A stretch of DNA of 64,000 bases from Scyliorhinus canicula (lineage: Eukaryota): assembly GCF_902713615.1 (NCBI RefSeq), contig NC_052157.1, positions 58,168,325-58,232,324 on the forward strand, given 5' to 3'. The notes below the pieces were generated by a model. The model saw only the letters and a program-made list of their open reading frames with translations, did no database searches and was not told the origin of the DNA. Position 1 is the first letter of the stretch. Each line of letters begins with the position of its first letter. Shown piece after piece: positions 36,573-50,030 of the stretch. Position numbers and translations under genes: made by a program.

Positions 36573-37255
36573 GGGCGCGATTCTCCGCACTCCCGACGGT
36601 GCGGAGAATAGCGTGGCTCGTAAAATTTTACGGCCACGCTGTTCCGATGCCCTCCCGCTATTCTCCCCCCCCCCCCCCCCACACCCGACTCCCGATACGA
36701 ATCGCTGCCGCCGTTTTTTTACGGCCGGCAGCGATTCTCAGCTGGCCGATGGGCCGTGTTCCCAGCCCTTTACGGCTGTTTTTACGAACGGCAAACACAC
36801 CTTGTCTGGCCGTTCGTAAAAACGGGCGTAAACTGTCGATTTTTAAAACCATGGCACCGATTGGCACGGCAGTACCACGGCCGTGCCAAGGGTGCCATGG
36901 GCCCGCGATCGGTGGGCACCGATCGCAGGCAGCGGGCCCGATGCCCGCGCACTCTTTGTCCTTCCGCCGCCCCGCAGTATCCATTCGCGGGGCGGCTGAG
37001 GGGCATCCCGGCCCGTGCATGCGCGGGTTTCGCGCAAATGCGCGATGACGTCATCCGCGCATGCGCGGGTTGGAGTCTTCCAATCCGCGCTTGCGCGGCT
37101 GACGTCATATGACGCGTCAGCCGGCGCTAACTCTGGCAAGCGGGCTTAACGAAATTCGTTAAGCCCGCGATGCCGGAGTTTACGGCGTTGGGATGCTAGC
37201 CCCGACCGGGGACCAGAATCGGTTCCCGGTCGGGAAGGGGGGTGCTGGCGTCAAA
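36573..37255. mobile_element. CpG-rich MITE-like element (left TIR only)
   Basis: Starts GGGCGCGATTCTCC. Internal imperfect palindrome 37045-37108. Confidence 0.65.
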
Positions 37256-37669
37256 CCACCATGCTACCGTGCTGCCCCGTGGTGACATTCTAAAGGGAGA
37301 GGGCGAACAGCCAGTTGTAGTGGCACTGTTACATCACTCTTTTGATGGAATCCATTATCTGAGAGAGATGGTGTGAGCTTCTTCCTCCAGGCTTCAATAC
37401 CAAACTGAAAATAAAAAAAGCCTGGTCTCACTGAGGAACATTGCAGAGACAGCCGCACCAATCACTGCCTGTCCCTGAACACAACCTAACTTTTGGGATC
37501 AGTTCATTGGCCACCATCCAAGCCAGTCAGCCGGGTCATCACTGATGACACACCAAAATGTATTTATGTATTTACGTATATACTATGTTTTTGTCCCATG
37601 ATTGCCACTTGAGGGGCTGACAAGCTACAGTTGCATATTAACACTCCACACCTCACACATTCATTCCAG

Positions 37670-40600
37670 CCAAGAGGTTAGGAGCACAGCGGCACCTCAA
37701 TTTGCAGACACCGAACTGGATACCCTGTTGGACGCCATGGTGAAGAAGCGGGCTACCCTATACCCCGGAGTGGGAAGGAAGCTGCCACCCACTACCGTAC
37801 ATTGGGCACAAGTGGCAGAGACTGTGAACACCGTGGGCCCCATCGCCGTGACCGGCCAGCAGTGCTGCAAAAAGCTACAGAACTATTTCCGGGAGGCCAG
37901 GGTGAGTAGGCAGCACCGTGCCGCTGGCACTAACCCCAGCCCCACACACCATAACCCCCCAGCTGGAGGCTGACCGGACCCCATCCGCCAGCAGTGTGCG
38001 CGCACCCCACCCTGACTACATGCCAGCACCAATATAGGAAGTCATGGCCGGAATCCCTGGCCACAAAGCCTACCCCAGTGCTGCATTCGCCTGACTGCCT
38101 AATACTTCGCCCTTTCTGTCTCACTGCCCCAGGAGAAGGCAGTGCATAACCTCCAGGAGAGAGAGAAGACCAGAGGGGGACTGCTGGATCCATGGCACCT
38201 CACCGGCGCAGGCACTGGACCCGATTGGTGAGCTCGGAGTGAGGGCAGTTGCCGAGCAAGTGAGCCCCCGCTGAGTTGCAGTTCCCCATGGCACGTATGA
38301 TATGATCCCCACTCCAGCTTCACACTACCTCTTCACCGCCAGACGACCCCGACACAACCCCAACACACTAACCCCTCAGCACCCCCACACCACTCCCTTA
38401 CCAACCCCATACCACCCCCTCATCATCCCCTCACCACCATCCCATCCACAATCCAATCATGCAGCAAGTCTCGTGTCTTGCAGGATCACCTCGTGACAGG
38501 GGGACTGTTCTGGTGACCCTGGCCCCAACCCCAAATGGCAGCCTGAATCACCGCGGAGCACACTGACTTCCTGTCACAGGTGCCTCCAACACCCTCCCAT
38601 CATAAGAACATAAGAACTAGGAGCAGGAGTAGGCCATCTGGCCCCTCGAGCCTGCTCCACCATTCAAGGAGATCATGGCTGATCTTTTGTGGACTCAGCT
38701 CCACTTTCCAGCCCGAACACCATAACCCTTAATCCCTTTTTTCTTCAAAAAACTATCTATCTTTACCTTAAAAACATTTAATGAAGGAGCCTCAACTGCT
38801 TCACTGGGCAAGGAATTCCATAAATTCACAACCTTTTGGGTGAAGAAGTTCCTCCTAAACTCAGTCCGAAATCTACTTCCCCTTATTTTGAGGCTATGTC
38901 CCCAAGTTCTGCTGTCACCCGCCAGTGAAAACAACCTGCCCGCATCTATCCTATCTATTCCCTTCATAATTTTAAATGTTTCTATAAGATCCCCCCTCAT
39001 CCTTCTAAATTCCAATGAGTACAGTCCCAGTCTACTCAATCTCTCCTCATAATCCAACCCCTTCAGATCTGGGATTAACCTCGTGAATCTCCTCTGCACA
39101 TCCTCCAGTGCCAGTACGTCCTTTCTCAAGTAAGGAGACCAAAACTGGACACAATACTCCAGGTGTGGCCTCACTAACACCTTATACAATTGCAGTAAAA
39201 ACCTCCCTAGTCTTAAACTCCATCCCTCTAGCAATGAAGGACAAAATTCCATTTGCCTTCTTAATCACCTGTTGCACCTGTAAACCAACTTTCTGTGATT
39301 CATGCACTAGCACACCCAGGTCTCTCTGCACAGCAGCATGCTTTAATATTTTATTGTTTAAATAATAATCCTGTTTGCTCTTATTCCTACCAAAATGGAT
39401 AACCTCACATTTGTCAACATTGTATTCCATTTGCCAGACCCTAGCCCATTCACTGAACCTATCCAAATCCCTCTGCAGACTTCCAGTATCCTCTGCACTT
39501 TTCGCTTTACCACTCATCTTAGTGTCATCTGCAAACTTGGACACATTGCCCTTGGTCCCCAACTCCAAATCATCTATGTAAATTGTGAACAATTGTGGGC
39601 CCAACACGAATCCCTGAGGGACACCACTAGCTACTGATTGCCAACCAAAGAAACACCCATTAATCCCCACTCTTTGCATTCTATTAATTAACCAATCCTC
39701 TATCCATGCTACTACATTACCCTTAATGCCATGCACCTTGATCTTCTGCAGCAGCCTTTTGTGTGGCACCTTGTCAAAAGCTTTCTGGAAATCCAGATAT
39801 TCCACATCCATTGGCTCCCCATTATCCACTGCACTGGTAATGTCCTCAAAGAATTCCACTAAATTAGTTAGGCACGACCTGCCCTTTATGAACCCATGCT
39901 GCGTCTGCCCAATGGGACAATTTCTATCCAGATGCCTCGCTATTTCTTCCTTGATGATAGATTCCAGCATCTTCCCTACTACCGATGTTAAGCTCACTGG
40001 CCTATAATTTCCTGCTCTCTGCCTACCTCCTTTTTTAAACAGTGGTGTCACGTTTGCTAATTTCCAATCCACCTTGACCACCCCAGAGTCTAGTGAATTT
40101 TGGTAAATCATCACTAGTGCATCTGGAATTCCCCTAGCCATCTCTTTTAGCACTCTGGGATGCATTCCATCAGGGCCAGGAGACTTGTCTACCTTTAGCC
40201 CCATTAGCTTGCCCATTTCTACCTCCTTAGTGATAACAATCTTCTCAAGGTCATCACCTGTCATAACCTCATTTCGATTAGTCACTGGCATGTTATTTGT
40301 GTCTTCCACTGTGAAGACCGACCCAAAAAACCTGTTCAGTTCCTCAGCCATTTCCTCATCTCCCATTATTTAAAGTCCCTTCTCATCCTCTAAAGGACCA
40401 ATATTTACCTTAGCCACTTATTTTTGCTTTATATATTTGTAAAAACTTTTGCTGTCTGCTTTTATATTCTGAGCAAGTTTACTCTCATACTCTATCTTAC
40501 TCGTCTTTATACCTTTTTTAGTAGCTTTCTGTTGCCCCTTAAATATTTCCCAGTCCTCTAGTCTCCCACCAATCTTTGCCACTTTGTATGCTCTTTCCTT

Positions 40601-42720
40601 CACATTGATACTCTCCCTTATTTCCTTAGATATCCACGTTCGATTTTCCCTCTTTCTACCGTCCTTCCTTTTTGTGGGTATAAACCTTTGCTGAGCACTG
40701 TGAAAAATCGCTTGTAAGGTTCTCCACTGTTCCTCAACTGTTCCACCATAAAGTCTTTGCTCCCAGTCTACCTTAGCTAGTTCTTCTCTCATCCCATTGT
40801 AATCTCCTTTGTTTAAACACAAAACACTAGTATTTGATTTTACCTTCTCACCCTCCATCTGTATTTTAAATTCCATCATATTGTGATCGCTCCTTCCGAG
40901 AGGATCCCTAACTATGAGATCATGAATCAATCCTGTCTCATTACACAGGACAAGATCTAGGACAGCTTGTTCCCTCGTAGGTTCCATTACATACTGTTCT
41001 AGGAAACTATCGCGGATACATTCTATAAACTCCTCCTCAAGTTTGCCTTGACCGACCTGGTTAAACCAATCGACATGTAAATTAAAATCCCCCATGATAA
41101 CTGCTGTACCATTTCTACATGCATCAGTTATCTCTTTGTTTATTGCCTGCCCCACCATAACGTTACTATTTGGTGGCCGATAGACTACTCCTATCAATGA
41201 CTTTTTCGCCTTACTATTCCTGATTTCCACCCAAATGGATTCAACCTTATCCTTCATAGCACCGATATCATCCCTAACTATTGCCCGGATGTCATCCTTA
41301 AATAACAGAGCTACACCACCTCCCTTACCATCCACTCTGTCATCCCAGAGACACTCACCTCGTTTGGGTACATTAATGAAGAGGCTCCTGGGGCGCCATC
41401 TGATGTGCACCACACGTGCAGCAGCACATGAGGGGGAGGGTGGAACTCCCAAGGGGGAGAACGGTTAGAGGGTGGCCCGACCCTAGGGGCTAGCTGCCAT
41501 CCAGATGGATCTTGGGCTTTTAGAAAGGTAAATCCAACTGATAGTGGAGATGTAGACTACATGAGAGGTTGTTGGAGAGCATCCACTGTCTGCAGATGCA
41601 GTGGAGGAGTGCAACCACCTGTAGAGGCACAACCATGTGTGCCACCCATGGTGACATCCACGGTGGAGATCTTGGGGACGAAGGTATCGGCCATGAGTCA
41701 GGATGTCCGTGGTCTATGTGGATGGCGGTCGAGGCACAGGGTAGCACTGCCCTGTCACAGGCAGCCATGTACCAGAGCCACCTACATATAGCAACGGTGC
41801 ACTAGAGATTGGCCCAGCCACGATGGGTCATGGCCGAGTGCATTGCCAGCAATACCCGGGCGTTTGCCAACCTGAGCCAGTCACAGAGGGAGGTGGCACA
41901 GTCACTGGTTGATGTTGCATAGTCCCAGAGGGACATGGCTCAGTCACTGTGTAATATGACACAGTCCCAGAGAGTGATGGCCCACCTGTGCCCCATGGGC
42001 ATGAGCATTGAGACCCTGATTGAGACAGGAGCGGGTATTCAGGACTGGCAGTGCCAGTTATGGTGGGTGGCCCCCATGGGTTAGCTCCATTCACACCACC
42101 TTCCTAAGTAGTAGCCTAGAAGCCATTCAGCATCCTGAGGAAGCACAAGGTGATTGGGCCCATACCGGTGACTCCCGCAAGGGTGGTGCTGAAACACATT
42201 GGACTCCACTCACCCTCGTCCCTGGCGCATATGATGGGCAACAGGCAGAACAGGGTCGTACCACGGCACTTGTGACACCTGAGCGACTGCCGGGCCCATC
42301 CAGGTCCAGTCACTCCAGAAGACGGCTCCCAAAGGGGACCCATGTCACAGGGTGGGAATCGCAGCATGCCGCCTCCACCCCTGATGTACTGCCTCGGGAT
42401 CCACCTAGTTGTATCGTTAGGGTCTATAAGGCCAAAAAGGTGGACACCTGTTACGTTGGTATGGGTGCAGCACACAGTATAGTGATAGGGGCTAGAGTAC
42501 AAACCTGTACAACTATGTTCACCGTTTCACAATAAGCACCTGTTTACAATGTTTCAACCTGACTCGGTGCTCTGTCAGATGGGTGTGGGGGATGGGCTGG
42601 GTTGGATGCAGACGAGGCGCTGGGAGGGCGGGGGAGAAATGGGGGGACGTTGGAGATTGGCTCAGGCCAAGTACCCCAGTTCAGCCCGGTATCCCGCCCC
42701 ACCCCCATCACATTCCCAAT
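37670..42720 (+). mobile_element. Harbinger-type Myb/SANT gene remnant, split by a CR1 insertion
   Basis: APQFADTELDTLLDAM...WAQVAETV...GQQCCKKL. Intron 37902-38132 (GT-AG) is followed by EKAVHNLQEREKTRGG. The sequence resumes at 41341 after the CR1. Confidence 0.65.
38601..41340 (-). mobile_element. Young CR1 (EN C-half plus RT ORFs largely open)
   Basis: ORFs 40418-41452, 39182-40366 and 38695-39252, with a (GTTCTTAT)n tail. Confidence 0.95.
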
Positions 42721-43262
42721 TGCACTTCCTACAATGGAACTGAGATATGACTTCTACCTTTCCCATTCATTAATACTTCTGCTTTCACTGAACTCGCTGG
42801 AGGGAAAACCAAATCCTTCTCCAGCACGGGAGTTTGAGTAGCCCCTGTGTCCCTTAGAATTATTATGGGTTGGGCCACCTCAGTTCAGGAAAATGAGGTA
42901 ACCTTCCTCTTAGATACAAAGCCGGCATATCTCTCATCTACCTCATCCTCATACCTACCATCGCAGTGTTTACCTCTAGTCTCCTCATTCCAGTAAACAC
43001 GACAGTATTCACCGCTCTCACTCCCTCTCAAACTCCTCCCTATGAACCCCCACAAGTCCCATGGGCTTTCCTTGTAACTTCCAACATGCTGAATGAACAT
43101 GTCCCACCTTATTACAATGGTGACACCTAGGCTTCCAAGTCTCATCTCCACCCACAGTTCCTGGTCTGAGGAGGAGGAGGTCTCACAGCATTCCCAGCTA
43201 TCCATCCTCTATCTTGGCTACCTGTCTTCCTCTCACTCTCCCACTTCCTATCCTCTTACAAA

Positions 43263-43470
43263 ATTATTATTTTTAAAAACAAATTTAAAGTACCCAATTC
43301 AATTTTTCCAACAAAGGGGCAATTTAGCATGGCCAATCTACCTACCCTGCACATCTTTGGGTTGTGGGGGTGAGTCCCACACAGAAACGGGGAGAAGTTG
43401 CAAGCTTTACACGGTCAGTGACCTGGGGTGGGGATCGAACCCAGGTCCTCGGCGACACGAGGCGCTACCA
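43263..43470 (-). mobile_element. Poly-A V-SINE
   Basis: Reverse copy of the 12940-13174 family. Confidence 0.8.
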
Positions 43471-43549
43471 TGCCGCCCCTTTTCAAAATTATGAGAGTTT
43501 TAGAACATAGGTTTAATTTATGGATTAGTTAATAATTGTCAGCCATAAT

Positions 43550-43960
43550 TGCTGGTCTTCAACATGGGTTCTTGCCATGGAAGATAGGGAATTCTTAAAC
43601 GCCGCCAAAAGAAGGACCTCTCTCAGAGCATGTCTGTTTTTGCTTCATTTCCATTTCTATTTTTAATTCCCTTTCATGCTCTAACTGCAACCAAACTCCT
43701 TCCAGCACCATTTCCCCACCGGAAGACGTCGCTGATGCTACATTACTTTGTGGGCTGCCCTGTGCTCCTGACATCTCTATCAAATTTAAATGTTGAGTAA
43801 TCAAATTAATTATCTCTGCCTCCGTAGCTCTAGTTGGTACATCTACTGACAATTTGACTAGCGAGTCTTTGAGAAGCCTAATTAAGTAAATTGGAGTTCA
43901 GTCTTCTACCTTAAGAAAACACCTAGTAGCTTCCAGAGCCATCCTGTTATATCACCACAA
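43550..43960 (-). mobile_element. LTR-retrotransposon gag N-terminal fragment
   Basis: AEIINLITQHLNL...LQLEHERELKIEMEMK coiled-coil. Confidence 0.45.
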
Positions 43961-43964
43961 ACCT

Positions 43965-44682
43965 GGGCCGGGATTCTCCCCTACCTGGCGGGGGGGTCCC
44001 GGCATGATGGAGTGGCGTGAACCACTCCGGCGTCGGGCTGCCCCAAAGGTGCGGAGGTCTCTGTACCTTTAGAAGCCAAGCCTTCACCTTGAGAGGCTAG
44101 GCCCGCGCCAGAGTGGTTGGCGCTCCGCCGGCTGCCGTGGATGGCCTTTGGAGCCACGCCAGTCAGGGCCGAAGGATACATCGCCGGCCGGCGGAAGTCC
44201 GCGCATGCACTGGAGCGTCAGCGGTTGCTGACGTCACACCCGCGCATCCTCAAGGGAGGGGGTCACTTCCGCCTCCACCATGGCGAAGGCAGAAAGAAAA
44301 GAGTGCTCCCACGACACAGGCCCGCCGGCCGATTGGTGGGCCCCGATCGCGGGCCAGGCCACCGTGGGGGCACCCCCCCCGGGGCCAGATCGTACCACGC
44401 CCCTCCCACTACCCTGGAGCCCGCCCGCACCGCCTGCTCCCACCAGTAAGGTATGTGGTTTAATCCACGCCAGCGGGAGAGAGTTGACAGTGGCGGGACT
44501 TCGGCCCATTGCGGGCCGGAGAATCGCCGGGGGGGAGGGCCCGTGGACCGGCGCGGTGCGATTCCCGCCTCCGCCGAATCTCTGGTGGCGGAGAATTCGG
44601 GACACGGCAGGGGCTGGATTGACGCCGGCCCCCGGCCATTCTCCGACCCGGCGGGGGGGGGGGGGGTCGGAGAATCCCGCCC
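43965..44682. mobile_element. CpG-rich Harbinger-type MITE
   Basis: TIRs GGGCCGGGATTCTCC / GGAGAATCCCGCCC. Confidence 0.8.
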
Positions 44683-45039
44683 CCGGTGTCTCTTTTTAAT
44701 TGATGTTCTAACCCAAATTCGCCATTCAACATTCAAAGATCCCAGACAAGCCCCCAATTTATGTTGACACCCTGGGCTAGTGCACGGTTTATTCCGGCCC
44801 CACAGGCCTTGGATGTTGAGACAGAATCCATAAGATGAGAGGGGGAGGGGTGGGGGCTCCGAACTGCTTCCTCCAGGCTTCTAAACCAAACTGGAAGTAA
44901 CAAACTCCAGGTGTCACTGAGGAACATTCCAGAGACAGCAGCACTAATCATTACCTGTCCCCGAACAGGACTTAGCTATTGGGGTCAGTTCATTGGCCAC
45001 CAGCCAAGCCAGTCAGTCCAGGTTAGACCAGATGTCAGA

Positions 45040-45600
45040 CCAAAACAGCACAGAACAGTACAGCACAGAACAGGCCCTTCGGCCCTCAATGTTGGCCGAG
45101 CTTTGTCCGAAACCAAGATCAAGCTATCCCACTCCCTGTCATTCTGCTGTGCTCCCTGTGCCTATCCAATAACCACTTGAAAGTTCCTAAAGTGTCCGAC
45201 TCCACTATCACAGCAGGAGGTCCATTCACACCCTAACTTACCTCGGACATCCCTCCTATATCTCCCACCCTGAACCTTACAGTTATGCCCCCTTGTAACA
45301 GCTACATCAACCCGAGGAAATAGTCTCTCAACGTCCACTCTATCTATCCCCCTCATCATCTTATAAACCTCTATTAAGTCGCCTCTCACCCTCCTCCGCT
45401 CTAAAGATAAAAGCCCTAGCTCTCTCAGTCTTTCCTCATAAGACCTACCCTCCAAACCAGGCAGAATCCTGGTAAATCTCCTTTGCACCCTTTCCAATGC
45501 TTCCACATCCTTCCGATAGTGAGGTGAGCAGAACTGCACACAATACTCCAAGTGTGGTCTCACCAGTGTCATGTACAGTTGCAGCATAACCCCACGACAT
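45040..45600 (-). mobile_element. CR1 3' fragment
   Basis: LVRPHLEYCVQF...LIEVYKMMRG. Confidence 0.9.
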
Positions 45601-45779
45601 CCTTCTGGAGATTCCTGTTTGAATAAAAGGTGAAGTGCTTTGCCTTAAGCCATTAATCATCCATGGATAAAAATTGTAATAGCAAAAATAACAGAAATTA
45701 AGAGGAGAAACAAGGAACAAATGGGGCTTAAACAGGATGTTCTTTTCAGTACACATTGGTACAAATAATACAGGTTTAA

Positions 45780-48700
45780 ATAAAGGCACGAGTTCCTAAA
45801 AGCAGAATATAGACAGCTAGAAAGCAAGTTGAAAAGTAGGACCTCAAAGGTAGTTATCTCAGGATTACTACCAGTGCCATGTGCTAGTCAGAGTAGAAAC
45901 AGCAAGATATACAAGATGAACACCTGGCTGAAAAGATGGTGTGAGGGGAAGGGTTTCAGATTCTTGGGACTTTGGGACCGGTTCAAGGGGAGGTGGGACT
46001 AGGACAAACTGGATGGGTTACACCTGGGCAGGATAGAGACTGATACTTGCAAGAGTGACTGGGGAGGGGCAGCACGGTGGTGCAGTGAGTGGCACTGCTG
46101 CCTCACGGCGCCGAGGTCCCAGGTTCGATCCCGGCTCTGGGTCACTGTCCATGTGGAGTTTGCACATTCTCCCCGTGTTTGCGTGGGTTTCACCCCCACA
46201 ACCCAAAGATTTGCAGGGTAGGTGGATTGGCCAGGCTAAATTACCCCTTAATTGGGAAAAATGAATTGGGTACTCCAAATTTATTTTTTTAAAAAGAGTG
46301 GCTGGGGAGGGTTTAAATTAAAATGGTAGCGAAACCAAGGGCCAGAATCAGATAAGGACACAGTAGAAAATAGCAGGAATAGGACAAGGAATGTCCAAAG
46401 GACTAGCCTTATGGTTTGTACCTCGGAACATTCAAAATAAAATGGATGAATTAGTTGTGCAGATAGATGTAAGAGGGTATGATATAGTTCGGATTGCAGA
46501 GACATTTCTCCAAGGTGACCAAGGATGGGAACTAAACATTGAGCACTGTTCAGTGTTTTGGAAGGACAGACAGAAAGGAAAAGGTGGTGGAGCTGCATTA
46601 TTAATTAAAGAAGATACTGGTACAAAATTGAGAAAAGATATCAGCACAGAAGATGCATAATCTGTATGTGCCGAGTTAAGAAACACCAATGGGCAAAACA
46701 CAATCAGACCACCAAACTCTCGTGGTAATGTTGGGAATACAGCAGTAGTCAGGAGGTGGGGCAGAAAATAAATCAGGAGATAGAAAAGGCTTGTAAGAAA
46801 GGCAATATTACAATAATCATGGGGGACTTCAATATACAAGTGGACCAGGAAAATCAGGTTGGTAGTGGATCCCAAGAAATGGAATTTGTGGAATGTCCAA
46901 GAGATGGAGTTTTGGAGCAGCTTGTGATAGAGTCTACTAGGGAACAGGCAATTCTGGATGTGGTGATGTATAATGGGGCAGACTTGATTCGGGAACTTAA
47001 GGTGAAGGAACCCTGAGGAAGCAGTGACCACAATATGACAGAATTTACCCTGCAGTTAGAATTTACCTGGAGTTTGAGAGGGAGAAGCTGCAATCAAATG
47101 TAACGGTATTACAATTAAATAAGGGTAACTACAAAGACATGAGGGAGGAGCTGGCCAGAGTTGATTGGAAAAGCAGCCTAGCAGGGGAGACATTGGAACA
47201 GCAATGGCAGGGGTTTTTGGGGGTTATTCGGGAAGCACAACAGAAATGCATCCCAAGGACGAGGAAACAAGCAGAGGGGAGGACAGGGCATCCATGGCTA
47301 ACGAGGGAAGTCAAGGACAGCATAAAAGCTAAAGAAAAAGCATACAAAGTGGCGTGGATTAGTGGGAAGCCAGAGGATTGAGATGCCTTTAAAAGCGAGC
47401 AGAGAACAAATAAAAAAGCAATAAGGGGGGGAGAAGATGAAGTATGAGTGTAAGATAGCTCGTAATATAAAGGAAGAAAGGAAGAGTTTTTTTTCCCATT
47501 ATATAAAAAGGTAAGAGGGAGGCAAAAATAGACATTGGACCACTGGAAAATGTGGCTGGAGAAGCAATAATAGGAAACAAAGAAATGGCAGACAAACGGA
47601 ATAGTTACTTTGCTTCAGTCTTCACGGTGGAAGACACCAGTGGGATAGAGCTCCAGGAGAACCAGGGGGCAGAGGTGAGTGCAGTGGCCATCACTAAGGA
47701 GAAGATTCTGGGGAAACTGAAAGGTCAGAAGGTGGATAAATCATCTGGACCAGATGGACTACATCCCAGAGTTCTAAAAGAGATAGCTGAGGAGATTGTG
47801 GAGGCATTGGTGGTGATTTTTCAGGAATCACTGGAGGCAGGAAGGGTCCCAGAGGACTGGAAAGTGGCTAATGCAACACCACTGTTTAAGAAGGGAGGGA
47901 GGCAGAAGACGGGAAATTATAGACTGGTCAGCCTGACTTTGTTCATTTGTAAGATTTTAAGAGTCCATTATTAAAGATGAAATTCCGGAGTACTTGGAAG
48001 TGCGTGACAAAATAGGACTGAGTCAGCACGGCTTCAAGGGGAGGCCATGTCTGACAAATCTGTTCGAGTTCTTTGAGGAATATAGAATATACAGAATATA
48101 TAGAAGTAACAAGGACGGTGGACAAAGGATAACCAGTGGACGTGATTTGTTTAGATTTCCAGAAGGCCTTTGACAAGGTGCCACATAGGAGACTGTTAAA
48201 TAAGTTAAGAGCCCATGGTTTTCAGGGAAGATCCTGCCATGGATAGAGAATTGGCTGACGGGCAGAGAGTGGGATAAAAGGGTCTTTTTCAGGATGGCAG
48301 CTGGTGACTAATGGTGTGCCTCAGGGGTCAGAGCTGGGACCACAGTGTTTCACAATACACATTAATGGTCTGGGAGAAGGTACTGAAGGCACTGTTGCTA
48401 AGTTTGCAGATGATACAAAGATCTGTAGAGGGACAGGTAGTATTGAGAAAGCAGGTGGGCTTCAGAAGGACTTGGACAGGCTAGGAGAGTGGGCAAAGAT
48501 GTGGCAGATGGAATACAATGTGGAAAAGTGTGAGGTTAGGCACTTTGGAAGGAGAAATGGAGGCATAGACTATTTTCTAAATGGAAAATGCTTAGGAAAT
48601 CTGAAGCACAAAGGGACTTGGTAGTCCTTGTTCCCAATTCTCTCAATGTTAATGTGCAGGTTCAGTCGGCAGTTAGGAAGGCAATGCAATGTTAGCATTC

Positions 48701-49325
48701 ATGTCGAGAGGGCTAGAATACAAGACCAGGGATATACTGCTGAAGCTATATAAGGTTCTGGTCAGACCCCATTTGGAGTATTGTGAGCAGTTTTGGACCC
48801 CGTATCTAGGGAAGGATGTGCTGACCTGGGAAAGGATCCAGAGGAGGTTCACAAGAATGATCCCTGGAATGAACAGCTTGTTGTATGAGGAATGGTTGAG
48901 TTCTTTGGGTCTGTACTCGTTGGAGTTTAGAAGGGTGAGGGGGAATCTTATTGAAACTTACAGGATACTGGGAGGCCTGGATAGAGTGGACATGGAGAGG
49001 ATGTTTCCACTAGTTGGAAAAAATAGAACCAGAGGACACAATCTCAGACTAAAGGGACAATCCTTTAAAACAGAGATGAGGAGGAATTTCTTCAGCCAGA
49101 GGGTGGTGAATCTGTGGAACTCTTTGCCGCAGAAGGCTGTGGAGGCCAAATCACTGGGTGTCTTTAAGACAAAGATGGATAGGTTCTTGATAAATAAGGG
49201 GATCAGGAGTTATGGGGAGATGGCAGGAGAATCGGGATGAGAAAATATCAGCCATGATTGAATGGTGGAGCAGACTCGATGGGCCGAGTGGCTTTATTCT
49301 GCTCCTCTGTCTTATGATCTTATGA
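45780..49325 (+). mobile_element. Degraded CR1 (end of ORF1 esterase, EN, RT, tail), with a V-SINE at about 46068-46293
   Basis: VVISGLLP, IAETFL, IMGDFN, SSGPDGLHPRVL, KFADD. The SINE has a TSD of about 17 bp, AAGAGTG(A/G)CTGGGGAGG. Confidence 0.9.
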
Positions 49326-49479
49326 AATGCTCGCAAGAAAAGTGGAATTCAGTGAAACCGTTTGTCTGACAAGAGTCGGAGGGGAGGTGATAAAAGATCC
49401 ATACTATCTGTTTGGGGTGCCATCTGTCACTTGGCCCAGTGACAGTGCAACGGCCCTTCAGTATTTTCCCTCCGCCAGT

Positions 49480-50030
49480 GCAGTGCTCCCTCAGGACTGA
49501 CTCTCCAACATTGCAGCACTCGCCAGAGTATGGCGGTTGGGGAATTTCACAGTAACTTCATTGCAGTATTAATGTAAACCTCCTTGTGACACTAATAAAG
49601 ATTATTATTATTGACTCTCCAGCAGTGCAGCACTCACTCAGTACTGGCCCTCCGAAAATACAGCACTCCCTCAGTACTCACCCTCCACCAGTGCCATACA
49701 CCCTCAGCACTGACCCTCCCTCAGTGTATCAATACCTCAGTACTGATCCTCTGACAGTGCATCACTCCCTCAGTACTGACTCTAATAGTGCAGCACTCCC
49801 ACAGTACTGACCCACTGACAGTGCAGCACTCCCTCAGTACTGACCCTCTGACAGTGTGGCACTCCCTCAGTACTGACCCTCTGACAGTGCATCACTCCCT
49901 CAGTACTGACTCTGACAGTGCAGCACACCCTCAGTACTTACTCTTTGACAGTGCACTGCTCCCTCAGTCCTGACTCTCTGACAGTGCAGCACTCACTCAA
50001 TTATGACCTACAGTCTGAGCAGCACTCCCT
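49480..50030 (-). repeat. 33-bp minisatellite, reverse orientation, degenerate
   Basis: CTGACAGTGCAGCACTCCCTCAGTACTGACCCT units. Confidence 0.88.

Noticed and set aside
42740-43250. ORF 42885-43205 as a host gene or ERV env
   Set aside because: No recognisable motifs or splice structure, so I could not support any assignment.
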